64,000 nucleotides of DNA from Rhizaria sp. SCN 62-66 (Eukaryota): assembly GCA_001724265.1 (NCBI GenBank), contig MEDY01000057.1, positions 1 through 64,000 on the forward strand. The letters are read 5' to 3'. This document shows, piece by piece, positions 48,101-58,600 of this stretch; positions within the stretch are counted from its first letter, which is position 1; each line of letters starts with the position of its first letter. Both the position numbers and the translations under genes were made by a program. Below the pieces are notes generated by a model. The model did no database searches. It worked only from the letters and a program-made list of their open reading frames with translations, and was not told where the DNA came from.

Positions 48101-49165
48101 GCTGGATGCGCGCCCAGTGCCAGCGCCATTGCCTGACGCTGAAGCCGAGGCAGACGCAGAGGCAGCAGTGCCTGAGCGCGGCGCGGGGCGGGATGAGGGC
48201 GCGGTGGTGGCCAGTGCGGACTTGAGGGGAGCGTCGCGCTGCGGCGACTGCGACTGTTGAGATTGAGACTGCAGAGACAGAGGTTGAGACTTGTAGTCGG
48301 TGTCACCAGAGCCTTGGTCTTGCTCATGAGCATAGCCACTGTAGTCGCCATTGCCATAGCCGCTCTTGTCATCGCCACCGTCCCCGTTGCAGTCGTCGTA
48401 GTCATTCTGCGCGTAGTCGTGGCAGTACCCGTCCGCACCACCGTTCACGTCGATCTGATACGCAGCGGGACTATCGCTCGCGTCGACGGCAAGCTGCGGC
48501 GGCAGAGAGTCCTGAGTCGGATAGCCGCCGTTGCCTGCGCTGTAGCTGTCGTAGCCGTAGGCGTAGACGTCGTCGCCGTCGATCACGAGGTCGTGGCTGC
48601 CGACGCCAGCAGTGTAATTACACTTGGCCTCGGCGACTGGGTCAACGGCAGCGGCGGCGTTGGCGTCGTCAAAGTACCCACTCTCAGGCTGGGGCTCGGG
48701 CTCAGGCTCCGCAGAGGCGGAGACCGCGGCGGGAGTGGCGTTGCGCGCGCGGCCGAGTGAGGCCCCTGCGCGGATCACAGGCCCGCGGTAGGTCACTGAC
48801 TTGGGCGCCACAGACTCGGTTGCAGCATTCACAGCGAGGTCGTGCTGCGGAGCGCGCGCGGTAGCAGGGCGCCTGGTAGCGCGGGCCAGGATGCCAGCGC
48901 TGACACCGTCAGCGCCGCCGATGCCGGGCGCGAGGCGCGCGCGGGAGAACTTGCCAGCGCCAGAGCCGCCGGAGAGGAAGGCACTGGCGTCGGCGCCGAC
49001 GGAGGATGTGTCGGGCGCGGGACCGGCCTCGGGGGATAGGGCGCCGGTGTCGAAGATGTCCGCGCCGGGCCCCGACTGTACGTCATCAAAGGACATCAGC
49101 GAGGCGTCGTCCACGAGGGAGAGCTCACCAGGCAGTGACTCCTCAGCTGGAAAACGCGACGACAT
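42179..49165 (-). CDS. 2328-aa Ala-rich protein, disordered N-terminal half and multiple coiled coils; function unknown
   Basis: Uninterrupted 7-kb GC-rich ORF bounded by AT-rich spacers, with heptad-like E/A/R/L-rich segments in the C-terminal half. Ends TGA. Confidence 0.8.
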   Translation of the reverse strand: MSSRFPAEESLPGELSLVDDASLMSFDDVQSGPGADIFDTGALSPEAGPAPDTSSVGADASAFLSGGSGAGKFSRARLAPGIGGADGVSAGILARATRRPATARAPQHDLAVNAATESVAPKSVTYRGPVIRAGASLGRARNATPAAVSASAEPEPEPQPESGYFDDANAAAAVDPVAEAKCNYTAGVGSHDLVIDGDDVYAYGYDSYSAGNGGYPTQDSLPPQLAVDASDSPAAYQIDVNGGADGYCHDYAQNDYDDCNGDGGDDKSGYGNGDYSGYAHEQDQGSGDTDYKSQPLSLQSQSQQSQSPQRDAPLKSALATTAPSSRPAPRSGTAASASASASASGNGAGTGRASSRGPPSASRGATLSAAVAARPATVISPAARAHAAALASARAAASPPRVQSHAARTTDSNGSAAAARSAPVFVASAAAAATPVKGGARASAPAPSRTPAHTQVTGPTTGTAPRSAVKPPTPLVRPSARGFVSPSSSAQANSASLHESGAAVVTPVVLSPSTMLAVRRGGGGALQSVAAPAMLNLSSTAHNPPTASPVVSSPTATAAAVAAAAARAGALPTDTAADEPPVSEAAVADALRVIARARAAAVQQQQRARAALAPAAAAGQPGEPLPGNGHGNAAASLRYPFAGVEVEPGYPAAAYGAADGSGPFASDSDAAAAMAGAEAADEEDSQWDPLPLQRPELGLPLAGAAQPECTGALPAQALRALLANAARAAAEAYARPTTGSTPTHAQSQFQSQSQAAHAFCGHDGSSQAQGSASACSALPPVVPTPGEVAAGMVSAYAALEASHLQLDARDGASATDAAADPSSGSGTGYVRALWPTQSPLSPATASGGGITGAVTRAAPLSPRGSAPAAAAVAAALGLSPRAAGTYAARPIVSAAASALAQLDAALGVAAREPLVDVLDLWEERVVSVPFATPAPSSALAPANVRVAPAAAVAAAVAAASGSSSAAAAERPAFTTKFTQSPFRSAHSSTNMNTTGAVVPYSGSASAQSSSLTGSGSGNSMSGAAPGPRCRVYRKLRLGWVRMPAARAAAVSAVLARLQREDPSAPAFVSAAVCPGAGGALASAQWAALVPAALRAELEHLRNTPTARALADAQGALARAEAENAALRQQLAALQQRERAREAETADGLAGGALAAVVAPGWRRAADLLAAATAGGADAAVEGAVAGAGASALGSDYDRETEAFVRALATGHPASPRGGKSSSSATPSRRAGSARATGSALISPSAAAVKRNSAMSATSTAIAASRGSAMGVTVAPPSAVVLLSSTTGAQSVLSAGPTAGAAFGAPQGPAAGAADPATGLTPAATARLLALATLPLGADDERRALARALLASRAQGCALATSVAALTRRCALLQSAADAAALRATHARTLTDAKLHSFATAVDDVAGALDATLAQAAAVITNFSSLLTERGQSTQARAEALEDAFGVLQRETTAVAGALTETRGATDATLLALGAAAEARARWGARRAACEAVWAARQSKAKTERERERTARASLGGSGISTVTARLTMTSSVADVTALRRQAAAADATPAGSGVPVARMLQRGTPASGAVARASPAAARQTPGAATRRSLALASASHAAHGAAHSGDLSLELAAAQGSGTFGYDDNDDDADAAADGSEGMGSWPELEDAAERLHALNAAIASAATALAPAAESCGSEAHLVSAAAAAGEAAQAEFASAMAAALGDLAAVARRARGVKAALGAWAEGAHRTAVAQAQAQHAAEERRVKELESALAAATTRTLAPYPYPARALAGSGAGPNIASGGLWKLSPVAPAALGGGAAVAVAAEDTEPVTGSVFIPCPDLEGWRQAELAAQGALCDALKTRAGELAGEVSLLRARLTRAEGSAALLQAREAAAAGEARRAHGDLDSVSRAAEELGAKAAEWERVQAEYEADRAATAAALEDADDARAHAQARADAAEAEAARLGAMWEEHRALWEQRHAAAAREEAEALVARAHVEALRGAVVGEGSRLQSEGSEVLAALAEAMVVLRDSVAGVASVLEACARASDASTGETASAARQCRLRVKALRTVVNAAQAECGAICDVADGAAATVSSEEVAALVRAALAEAAESEDAAAAAAAGNVDASVMSAADVDRSQIHGDGDEADGAADGESEMESFFSGAATLPVGLDASLGADKSALPAVAVTAGSALPQSQLASPSRRLAVTAVGSPQRGRDKARSSPKKQPSAAQQQQRGQASGGATAKSGAAPGKGAAVVLANAVRALGRAQLALQHQEAAWARGEAALGGLRGAQAAQAGELLATRDALLGQLGRCEQRLQTAFTRLVRRGEEMAAGQLAADSTPLPQM

Positions 49166-50554
49166 TGAGGCGAACGGTAGAAGAGAAGGATGAATACCTT
49201 TGTGGAAAGCTAAGAAAGATACGTAAACTTTTGGAGCATAAATTTATGTTATGCTTGTTTTTGTGAGATGACATGCTTTTGAGACACGAGTATGCCTGAA
49301 TTGCGGATAGCAGAGCGGCAGGGAATGAGGGTAGCGAAACATAGTTCAAATCATCTTCCCAATCAGTAGTCAATTCAACACAACGTAGCATATAATTCAT
49401 ACACGATATGAACCATTGACAATTACACAACAGCATTCCGGCTAAGTCCAATTTGACAGTGAAACCATTGTAGGGTTCATACGTGAAGAAAGGCATCCTG
49501 ACCTTCCGGTTTCGTTCACAGTGCCGCCCTGCTGTACCTAGTGGGACTCGAAAACATGCATTTAGCCGTTGCTAAGGATATTATTTCATGAACGTTGTAC
49601 GAATCATGCTTACCGTATGCCACACATAGTGGGTCATGTTATATCAAAATTTATAAATCAACGACACATGTTGTGGACACAACTTGTCAGATCGTCATAC
49701 GAATTTTCGTCGCCGTCACTCTGAGGTCGCGTCCATCGTGACATCTGCCGACTCAAAGGTATGTGAGATCATTGCAATATGATTTTATTTGTAGGAATAC
49801 TGCGGGCAATATTTATTTAAGCATGTAACACTTTGTGTGTCCACATGCAGAAATAATTACACACCTAAATCGCGCAGAGCATCTTGCGATCACGAAGCGA
49901 CGCTACAGTTCGCCATTCACAACAAGCTGACTAGTACGATCTTTTTTAAACAAAGACAAACATCCCCGTGTCGCCACGTCATTCGAATGAGTTAGTGCCG
50001 TTCGGGCCTGAACTACAATGATCACAGTTCATTCCCAAATCATAAGGCGCAGATGTGACATTTACTCACGGCCACATGCAAGCTCAATGAGCTCGCGCAC
50101 CGCAGTGACGTCAACGCATGTGATGAAGTTGTTAAGAAGACCACAGTCTTGCCCAGCGTGTCAGCAGCAGATTTGGAAGCAGCCAGAAGCTTCGTTGCGT
50201 ACGTCTCAGAGAGGTCGGAGAAGGCGCGTTCGGCACCTGAGTGGAGAAGAGTGCGGGGCCACTTCAAAGCGTTCTTATCGTTGCTGCAATGACGCAATTG
50301 TAGCCTCGTAGACCATAGGTGCGGGCTGTTTGTAACGCAATGTGCGCCTGCATGCAGCCTCGCCAATAATTATAAGCAAGCGACATTGGCGAAAGAGTTC
50401 GTTCATGGTGTTTTTAGAAAATCATTGATAAACCAAATGCAACACAGAAGCATTAAACAAAGGTTACTTTCAAGCACAATCCCTTCACAAACAATCACCA
50501 CACCACCAAACTACTTGCATTGATCTTATTATACCCCTCTAAACATCACTCAAA

Positions 50555-52135
50555 TCACTCAAACCTGGGCGCGACGGTGATGACCCTGTGCAGCTTCTCC
50601 AGCAGCTGCGTGAGCTCACTGTTACCGCTAAACCCATCCTGCTCCAGCTCCGCCCCGCGCAGCAGCAGCGGCATGCCCCCCGCGGCCGCAAACTCATCGA
50701 ACCCGCCGCGACCGAGCAGCGGCGCGGCCCGCAGCATCGCCTCCGCAACGCGGGTCAGACTCGCAGTATCGAGCTCCACGCCCCGCAGCGCGGCGTCAAG
50801 CGCCCAGGCCAGCAGCGCGCCCACGCCCGTGCCGGCAAAGTGCAGTGCAACAAGGCGGAGCTTCCGCACGGGGCCCGAACAGCAGTTGAGCGCGACCCAG
50901 CTCGCCGCCTGCAACGCCGCCTTGGGGCCGGGGCCCCAGCGCGCAGGGGAGCGGATGCGCGGCACGGCAGCGAACACTGCGGAGATGAACTTGGAGTCAA
51001 ACAGGGGCTCGCGGAGATCATACTGCGTGATCATGTTCGACGCAAGCTCCATCGCGTGCCGCGAGCCCTCGGCGCTGCACATCGCGCCGTGCGTCAGCGT
51101 TGTTGGCACCGCAGCGTCGTCGTCGTAGCTCTGCGCGTCACTCCGAGCTTGTGCCACAGCGATGCCGGGGCCAAGAACGCTGGCAAACGCGGCGAGCACG
51201 TCTTCGGTAACAATGCTCAGAATGCCCTCTGTGGAGAAGGAGCCTGTGACGCTGGAGAAGATGTGCAGCGCTGCGTCGCGCGTGGGAAGCCGCTGCATAA
51301 ACACGCGCATGCACCGTTCACGCAGCTCATCGTCGACCAGCGCGAGATAAAACGGCTCGATGTCCTCGCCCCAGCGCGCCGCCGCGTGCGCGAGCGTCTG
51401 CAGACACAGCGCGCGCCAGTCCCAGCGGCCGTCGTTGTGCTCGAGGCCGGCGTCGTCGCACGCGGCGTTCTCGCCGTCGCGGCCGGGGACGAGCGCAAGC
51501 TTGGCGGCCTCCAACGGCAAGTGCGCAAGCTCGGGGTCGTCACGCGGCATAAAGCGCACGATGGCCATGACGGCCTCAGCCAGCGCGGTCAGCAGCGCGA
51601 GCGAAGAGTGCCGCGGGGCAGCGAAACGAGCGCGGGCCGCTGCGGTCACGCGCTCCACGGCACCAGTGGCCAGGAGACGCGCGAAAACGTCCAAGTCGTC
51701 GGAGCAGTCGGCACGGACGGCACTCGCAAGGACTCCCAGCGCAGCGATGACAAACCCCTCGCTCGCTTTATTGTCGCTGCTATTTTTGTCGGCGAGGCCG
51801 TCGAAGTGCAGGAGCCGGTCGACGGCGTCGTAAGCGTCGTGGGAGAGCAAAATGGTGCAGCCGTCCTCAGACTTGGAGAGGTTGTTGATGAGACGCAGCA
51901 CTTCAAGTGCGCGGCTGTCGGCGGGGGTAGCAGAGCTGCTGGAGACGTTAAGCGTGTCTACTAGCAGTGGCAGCACGCCTGCAGTATTGAGAGCTGCGGC
52001 GAGCTCGTCCATATCGATGTCACTGGCGTCGCTGATACGCGTCAAGAAATAGACTCCGCGCTTCTGCAGAAACGGGTCGTTGGACTGAACCTCGCTGACA
52101 ATGTTGGGGAGCAGTTCATCCAAGACCTCTGACAT
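50555..52135 (-). CDS. Armadillo/HEAT-repeat protein (divergent importin-alpha-like fold, no IBB domain seen)
   Basis: 526-aa ORF with LPNIVSEVQSNDPFLQKRGVYFLTRI, AGVLPLLVDTL, ALQAASWVALNCCSG and FAAAGGMPLL, typical of ARM helices. Confidence 0.7.
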   Translation of the reverse strand: MSEVLDELLPNIVSEVQSNDPFLQKRGVYFLTRISDASDIDMDELAAALNTAGVLPLLVDTLNVSSSSATPADSRALEVLRLINNLSKSEDGCTILLSHDAYDAVDRLLHFDGLADKNSSDNKASEGFVIAALGVLASAVRADCSDDLDVFARLLATGAVERVTAAARARFAAPRHSSLALLTALAEAVMAIVRFMPRDDPELAHLPLEAAKLALVPGRDGENAACDDAGLEHNDGRWDWRALCLQTLAHAAARWGEDIEPFYLALVDDELRERCMRVFMQRLPTRDAALHIFSSVTGSFSTEGILSIVTEDVLAAFASVLGPGIAVAQARSDAQSYDDDAAVPTTLTHGAMCSAEGSRHAMELASNMITQYDLREPLFDSKFISAVFAAVPRIRSPARWGPGPKAALQAASWVALNCCSGPVRKLRLVALHFAGTGVGALLAWALDAALRGVELDTASLTRVAEAMLRAAPLLGRGGFDEFAAAGGMPLLLRGAELEQDGFSGNSELTQLLEKLHRVITVAPRFE

Positions 52136-52639
52136 TTAGTCGAGCTCTGTGGTCATGATACGAGCAGAATCACAAAGCGCACGAGGCAAGGCGAAGAGGT
52201 AAGGTCAAACCAAAGATATGAGAGTGCAAACATAAGCAAATACGAATATAATAAGAACACGGAACAGAAATACGCGTAGCAGTCCGTTAATTTAAGCGGC
52301 ATTAGCATGCGTGATAGATACACACCACACTCAATGCTAAAACAAGCCGACCACAAACGGGCTGGCTGTTTCACCATAAGCGTCGCGCACTAAGAAAGCT
52401 CATCTTTGGAACGCCATTACAAGTGATAGCGTTCGACATCGGTACCATAAGTCTCGGTCACAATTTAAACCGACAATTAATATGTTATTTCTTATTTTAT
52501 TGTCTATTCCTGTTTGTCGTCGCATGTAATCTCGCTTGAGGCGTTGACCAGACTCACCAACGCTCTTTTCTCACGCAACTTCAACCTCGACAGCTTTTGA
52601 CTTGCGGCACCTGCGAGTCGAGCTTACTGGCAACACAAC

Positions 52640-55600
52640 ATGTCTTCTATCGGCGCGGCTGCGGCTACCCGTGCGAAGCAAGAAGCTGCGCTCCTTGTTG
52701 AGGTCCGCAAGCTGACAGATATCACACACACGCCCGCTAAGCGCCACGAAAGCGCCTTCCGTAAGTTCGCCGCTCTCATCTGCCCCAACTGCAACTACTG
52801 TGAGTTCCCCGGTTGCGGCACCCACCACACGCTGCTTACAAACGCCAAGGGCAACGGCCACGCCTCGTGCTCCGGCTGTGAACGCAAAAACCACGACTGC
52901 AGCACTGACAAGTCCTCTCCATGGTGCGACCACTGCCGCGACTGCAAGCAGTCCCGCGCCGACCCCATGTTCTGGCTCATGCGTGACGCGGCCGCCTACG
53001 CCATGGCCGTCGCCGTGTTTGCCGCCGCGCCCGCCAAGTCCCTCCAATCGCAGGCCATTGTAGCCACGCTCGCACTCGTCTGCGACTGCTGCGCCGCCGC
53101 CGAGATCCAAACCCTCGACGGCGCGCTCCTAACGCCTGCTGCGCACGCCGCGGCCCTCGCGCGCGGCCATGTCTTTACCCTCGAACACTACGACCCGCGC
53201 TGCACAGGCCCGCTGCGCGCGCTGCCCGTCAGCGTCTCTAAAGTCGAAGCGTTGTACCTCGCGGGCGCGGTCGGGACCACGCGCCGGCTGCCCGCACCGC
53301 GTCCCGACGCCGCGGCCTTCGCGCGGCCCGCGCGCTGGGCGACGCACGCGGCCGTGGACGCCGACCCGGCGCTGCGGTCGCTTAGCCTGCGATCGCTGCC
53401 CGCGGACCAGCGGTACGCGCTCGCGGCGCTGCCGCGCGAGCCCCACCCGTACCCGGTGTGGATGTCGCGCGGGTTCGTCGGCCAGTTCGGCGACCCGTTC
53501 GTCAAGGACACCGAGCTGGAGGGCGGACACACGAAGGAGTCGCTTGCGTATCTCGCGCACTATCTCAGCACTCTACGCGCGCGCGTCACCCTCACCCCCG
53601 CAGACAGCCTCAGCAACGCAGTCGACGGCGGTAAGAGTACGAAGGACGGTGCGAGTCGTGTGTTGTGCCCGCTCTCGCCGCAGGGCTGGCGCGCCGTCGA
53701 GAAGGCCGCCGCGCACCTTGCACAGGCGGCGGCGACGGCCGCGGACTTTGCGGTCGTTGCCCGGCTGCCTGCGGTTGACGCGCCCGGTGTGCGTCTACGT
53801 AACGGTCATGTCGTCCGCCAGCGCCGCCGCAAGAACGCTAAGGCCTCTAACACTGTCGCTGCTGCTCCTGATGCTGGTGCTGGTATCCCTGCTGTGGCGG
53901 CCCCCGCGCCCTTGGGTGCAAAACCGACTGAGAAAGACAATGAGAAGGATGGCGAGAGCAAGAGCACGGGCGAGGGTGACAACAATAGCAAGAACGATGC
54001 TGCTGCTGACGATCACGAGAACGACGATATCAGCGATGGCTGCAGCGATGTGGCCGACTCCGACCTCAGCGAGTCTGACCTCACAGACTCCGCCTCTGAC
54101 GCTGACGACGACAGCACGAAGGCCGAGGACACCAACAAGACTCAGTCTGTAGTAGTGAGTGCGTCTGCTGGTGACAACAACAGTGATGTTGACCTTGACC
54201 TTAAGACCGTGTGGGAGAGTTACCAGGCACTGCGCAAGAAGCGCGCCTCTGCTGCTGACGCGGACACTGCGGCCCCGCCGTCCGACACCAAGAGCGCCGC
54301 CGACGATAACAAAGACTATGACGATGCCGACGCCGCACGCAACATGAGCGAGGGCGCCGCGGCCGCCGCTTTCAACCGGCTGAATCGCCTGCGCAACCGC
54401 ACGCGTCGCGCCGGCACCGCTAGCGCGGGCGAGTCTGCCAGCAAGGACAACGACGGCGATGATGACGCGTCGTGGGCGGCGCAGGCGATTGCGCAACAAG
54501 GGCTCTCGCCAACTGTGCGCGACCACGCGCTGGCGGCGCTCGTGCGGCAACACGTCGACCGGCTCCAGCGGCTGCAGCCAGGTGAGGCGTTCGTCTTCCC
54601 TGGCGGCTACATGGGCGCATCTTCCGGCCACGCCATCATGCACGTCGTCGTCCGCGGCGGCGCCTGCGGAACGACTGTAAACAGTGACCCCACCGACTTG
54701 ACGCAGTGCGGCACTGTGTCTGCGGACGAGTTTGACTTCATCACCATCAACACGGGCAACGGCCTCCAGTTCCACCCGCCGCAAGTGACCGCGAGCAAGA
54801 CGCGCTACGTGACCGCGCTCACAGTCCCGCGCGTGCCCGCGCGCCGCATGCTGTCTGCGCCCTTCTGGCTGCTCTACCTGCGCTGCCTCAACTACTCTGC
54901 CGACGCGCACGGCGCTGAGCTGCTGTATCAGGTACTGCTGCCTTACCTCGCCGGCGGTGCGCTTGCGCGCGCGGCGACACTGCAGCCTGCGCGGCTAAAC
55001 GGCGTCTACCGCACACAGCAGCGTGCGGGCTCGTGCTACTTCCGCTGCGTCACCGAGTGCGCGCGCCACCTCATGCTGTGCCACGGCGCCAGCGCGGCCG
55101 ACTGGAAGGCCGTGTCCTTCTGGCTGCGCGCGGCGATGCTCGAAGACGCGCTGCGCGACTTGCACGTCTCGCGCGCGCTGTACGACGCGTCCGACGTGCC
55201 GATGCTGCGCATTGCCGCGAAGCAGACGGTCAACGCGCTGTGCAACTGGACCCGCATCGGCGCCAGCACCGGCGGCGACGCCAGCAGCAAGGTCGGCGCG
55301 GACCGCGCGGGTGTGCCGGTGGAGACGGCGGCGGCGGCGTCTGAGCTGCTGCGGCGCCTCGTGCTGGCGCTGGAGCGCAAGCTCGCCAGTCTGCCCGTGC
55401 CCGACTCGCTGCAGTGGGCGCCGACCTACCTCACTGGCGTCGCCGCTGAGCTCGCTTTTACGCAACGCGTGACAGAGAGCTCGGTCGTTGACGTCCCCGT
55501 CGCGTCTCCTGCTGCAGTGACGTACGAAGGCGACGAGCCTCTCTTCTCGCTGTCCTTCACGTCGCCCATCGCAGGCGCTGCGACTGCTGCTGTTGTGGGC

Positions 55601-58600
55601 GATGTGACCGCGCACTCGGCCACCTCGCTGGCGCTGCCTTTCATTGCGGCAGAGGATGGCTCGGACGCGGACGACGACGGCGGCGACGGTGACGACGACG
55701 ACATTTACGCACAAGACGGTTCTGCGCCACCCTCGGGCACCAATCCCGCCGACACTTCTTCTATGTCACAGTCGATTTCGCTGGGGAGTCCGCTGTCGGT
55801 GCAGGTGCTGCAGCGCCAGGGCTCGTGCGACGCACCCGATGGCTTTGGTGCGCTGCCGACTGAGGCCGTTGACGCCGCCGGCAGTGAGCGCGATCTGGCC
55901 GAGCTGCTGCTGCCGCCGACGTCGATGTGCGCGCTGAGCGATAAGGCGCAGACTCTCGCGTACTTGCCACCTGTGCTCAAGCCCGAGTCAACTTGCGCGG
56001 GCTCCGCTGCGCTTTACGGCGGTTTTGACCCGTTCATTGCGGACCATGCTGCGCACACGGACAAGCTTGCCGGTGACGACATGGCCGAGCCTGCCCCGGC
56101 CGCGCCCGACCTCGTCACTGCCTTCGACAAGGTCGACAAGACTGACGCCGCCGCCGCGGACGCTCCTCAAAGCGCCGCGACAGTGCTGCGCCGTGAGCAT
56201 GATGCGGCGGTGGCGACGCTGTCGCAGCTCAACGCCGTGGCCGCGCAGCTGGTTGAGTGCCAGTCGCTGGCGCACTATCACCACGCCGTGCACTTCATCG
56301 CGACGACGGTGACGGAGCGCCTGCCCGTGCCGCGCACACTGCGCGAGCGCGGGCTCGAGGTCCTGCCTCTGCAGCGCCGGCCCAGCTCTATGGGCTTCTC
56401 CGCCGCGTCTAATACGACGAGCAAACCCGCTGCGGCTGCGGCGACGACAGAGACTCCCGCAACCGCTGCTGTGGCAGCGCTTTCATATGAGTCCACGGAT
56501 GCTGGCTTCGTGGTCGAGTTCGAGCCTGGCGCTGCCGCTGCGGCCGCAGCTGACGGCCGTGAATTGAAGCGCTCGCCGTGCTGCCCTTGGCAGGACGTGC
56601 CGCTGACGCGCGCCGAGATCACGACCGCGATCACCGCGGTTGCACGCACTTCCCGCCTGCTGATGGCTGCGGCCGCGAGCACCGACCAGTCCGCGCCCGC
56701 GGCCGTCGCGCGCAACGCCATTGTGGCGGCGCAGCTGCTCGCCATCACCGACGCACTAATGCGCGTGCGTGCTGTGCCCGCGCCCGACGACGCTGACGCT
56801 GACGCGCGCGCAGGACTCTCGCCGTGGGCGGCCGTGCTTGACGGCGGACTGCCGCTTGAGCCACGCGCCACGGACAAGCAACGGTTCGCGATTGTTGCGC
56901 CCGCGACGTCGAACGCGGACAATGTGCCGCTGGAGACGCTGACGGCGCTGCTACCGCTCACCGAACCCGCCGTCGCCCTCGCCCGCGCGCGCACGCTGGC
57001 ATACCTGAAGGAGCGTGCTGCCCGCGCAGATGTCCTGCTGTTTTCAACAAAGGCACAAAAGCTCTGCTCGTTCTACTACGGACCCGACGACCCGGAGCTG
57101 CGTCTGATGCAGACATTTTCGACCGAGAGCGGCATCACTCTTGACCGCCCAGTGCTGCCGGGCGCGCAGACGGAGTGCTCGCCCCAGGAGGCGAGCGCGC
57201 GCTGGCTCTGCTCCTGCGACGCCTCGACCTCATCCGGGTATGAGCACGAAGTCACGCCGATCGTCACGCGTTTCCCTGAGTTCATGCACTGGCGCAACGC
57301 CGCACTCACGCTGCAGCTGCTACTGATGTCGCCCCGCGCACTGCGCGCTGAGCTGGGCGGGTGTTTGATGACTGAGCGCGGTGTCGAGCTGCAGTGGTCG
57401 TTCTTCAGAGCCTCCGCTGAGCGCAAGTCCATTGTCATTGTGCTCCGTTTTGCTGGCGCCTCAAACGACACATTCATCTTCACGGCGCGCCGCCGCATCG
57501 CCGCCTCACCCGCCTGGCCAGACTATTATATCAAGCCGCCCGCTGAAGGCAGCTCTACCCTTGCGCTCGCCAGCAAACGCGCCTCTGCAGCCGCCGCGGC
57601 CGCGTATCCGAGTGAGTCGTACTCCTCTGGCACCGACATCGTGGCAGCTGTGGCGCCTGTGCCGGCGCCCGCGACGGGACTGTACCACCTGCGCTACAAC
57701 GACAACCGCGAGACGACCGCCGTGGGCGCCACCGCCGCCGGCGCCGCCGCTGCGACCGCAGCCACACGCGTCTTCGCCGACGACGTGGACGTCGATGCGC
57801 TCATCGGCAGTCGACACAACAGCGGCAATATCGACACCGCGTCGGGCTTCGCGTCCCGCCGTGACCGTGACGGCCGGCTCCCGCACAGTGTGCGCATGCA
57901 GCCCGCGCTGGTGGCCATGCGCCGCGGCGGCGTCGACTCCTTCGAGGGCGTCGCAGCCTCCACGGCGCCCGCGGCTGCGACGCGCAACGCGAACCTGCTG
58001 CACTGGGCTGATCTTGACTCGGCACTGCCACAGGCGCTGCGCGAGCCAGAGGTGCTGATGGCGCCCGCGCTGCCGACGTTCCACCATTACCTCTCGGCCG
58101 AGGCCGCGGAGCGTCTGCTGTGCGCGCTCGCGGAGCCCTACGCGCGCATCCCGCTTGTTCTGGCCCAGTTCGCCGCGCCGGGCGCAGAGACGTGGCTGCT
58201 CAACCCGGCGTTGCGCGAACTGCTGTCCGCCGTGATCACCGAGCCCGCGCGTTTCCAGTCAGCCTTCGCGGCTGCGCGCACCGTCACCGCGCTGCCCGCG
58301 CACCCGCTGCGGCTCGGCACGCCCTGCGGCCTGCTCATGAACGAGGTCCTGCACGCGCCCGCAGCCGTACTGGGTCCACTGTGCACGCTCTTCGATACTG
58401 TCGTTGCGCGTTTTGCACCGCCGACCACTGCTGCGGTCACCGCGCTGGACCCCGCACTGTCGTCCGACGCCGCTGTAGCCGCACTCTTTACACTGCCAGC
58501 GGGGCTCGCCGGCGCCGACGCCGAGGCGCTCGCCGCGCGCTGGACTCTCCCCACAGCGTCGGCCGCGGCGGGTTTTTTCTTCCTCCTGCGGCTCGCCGCG

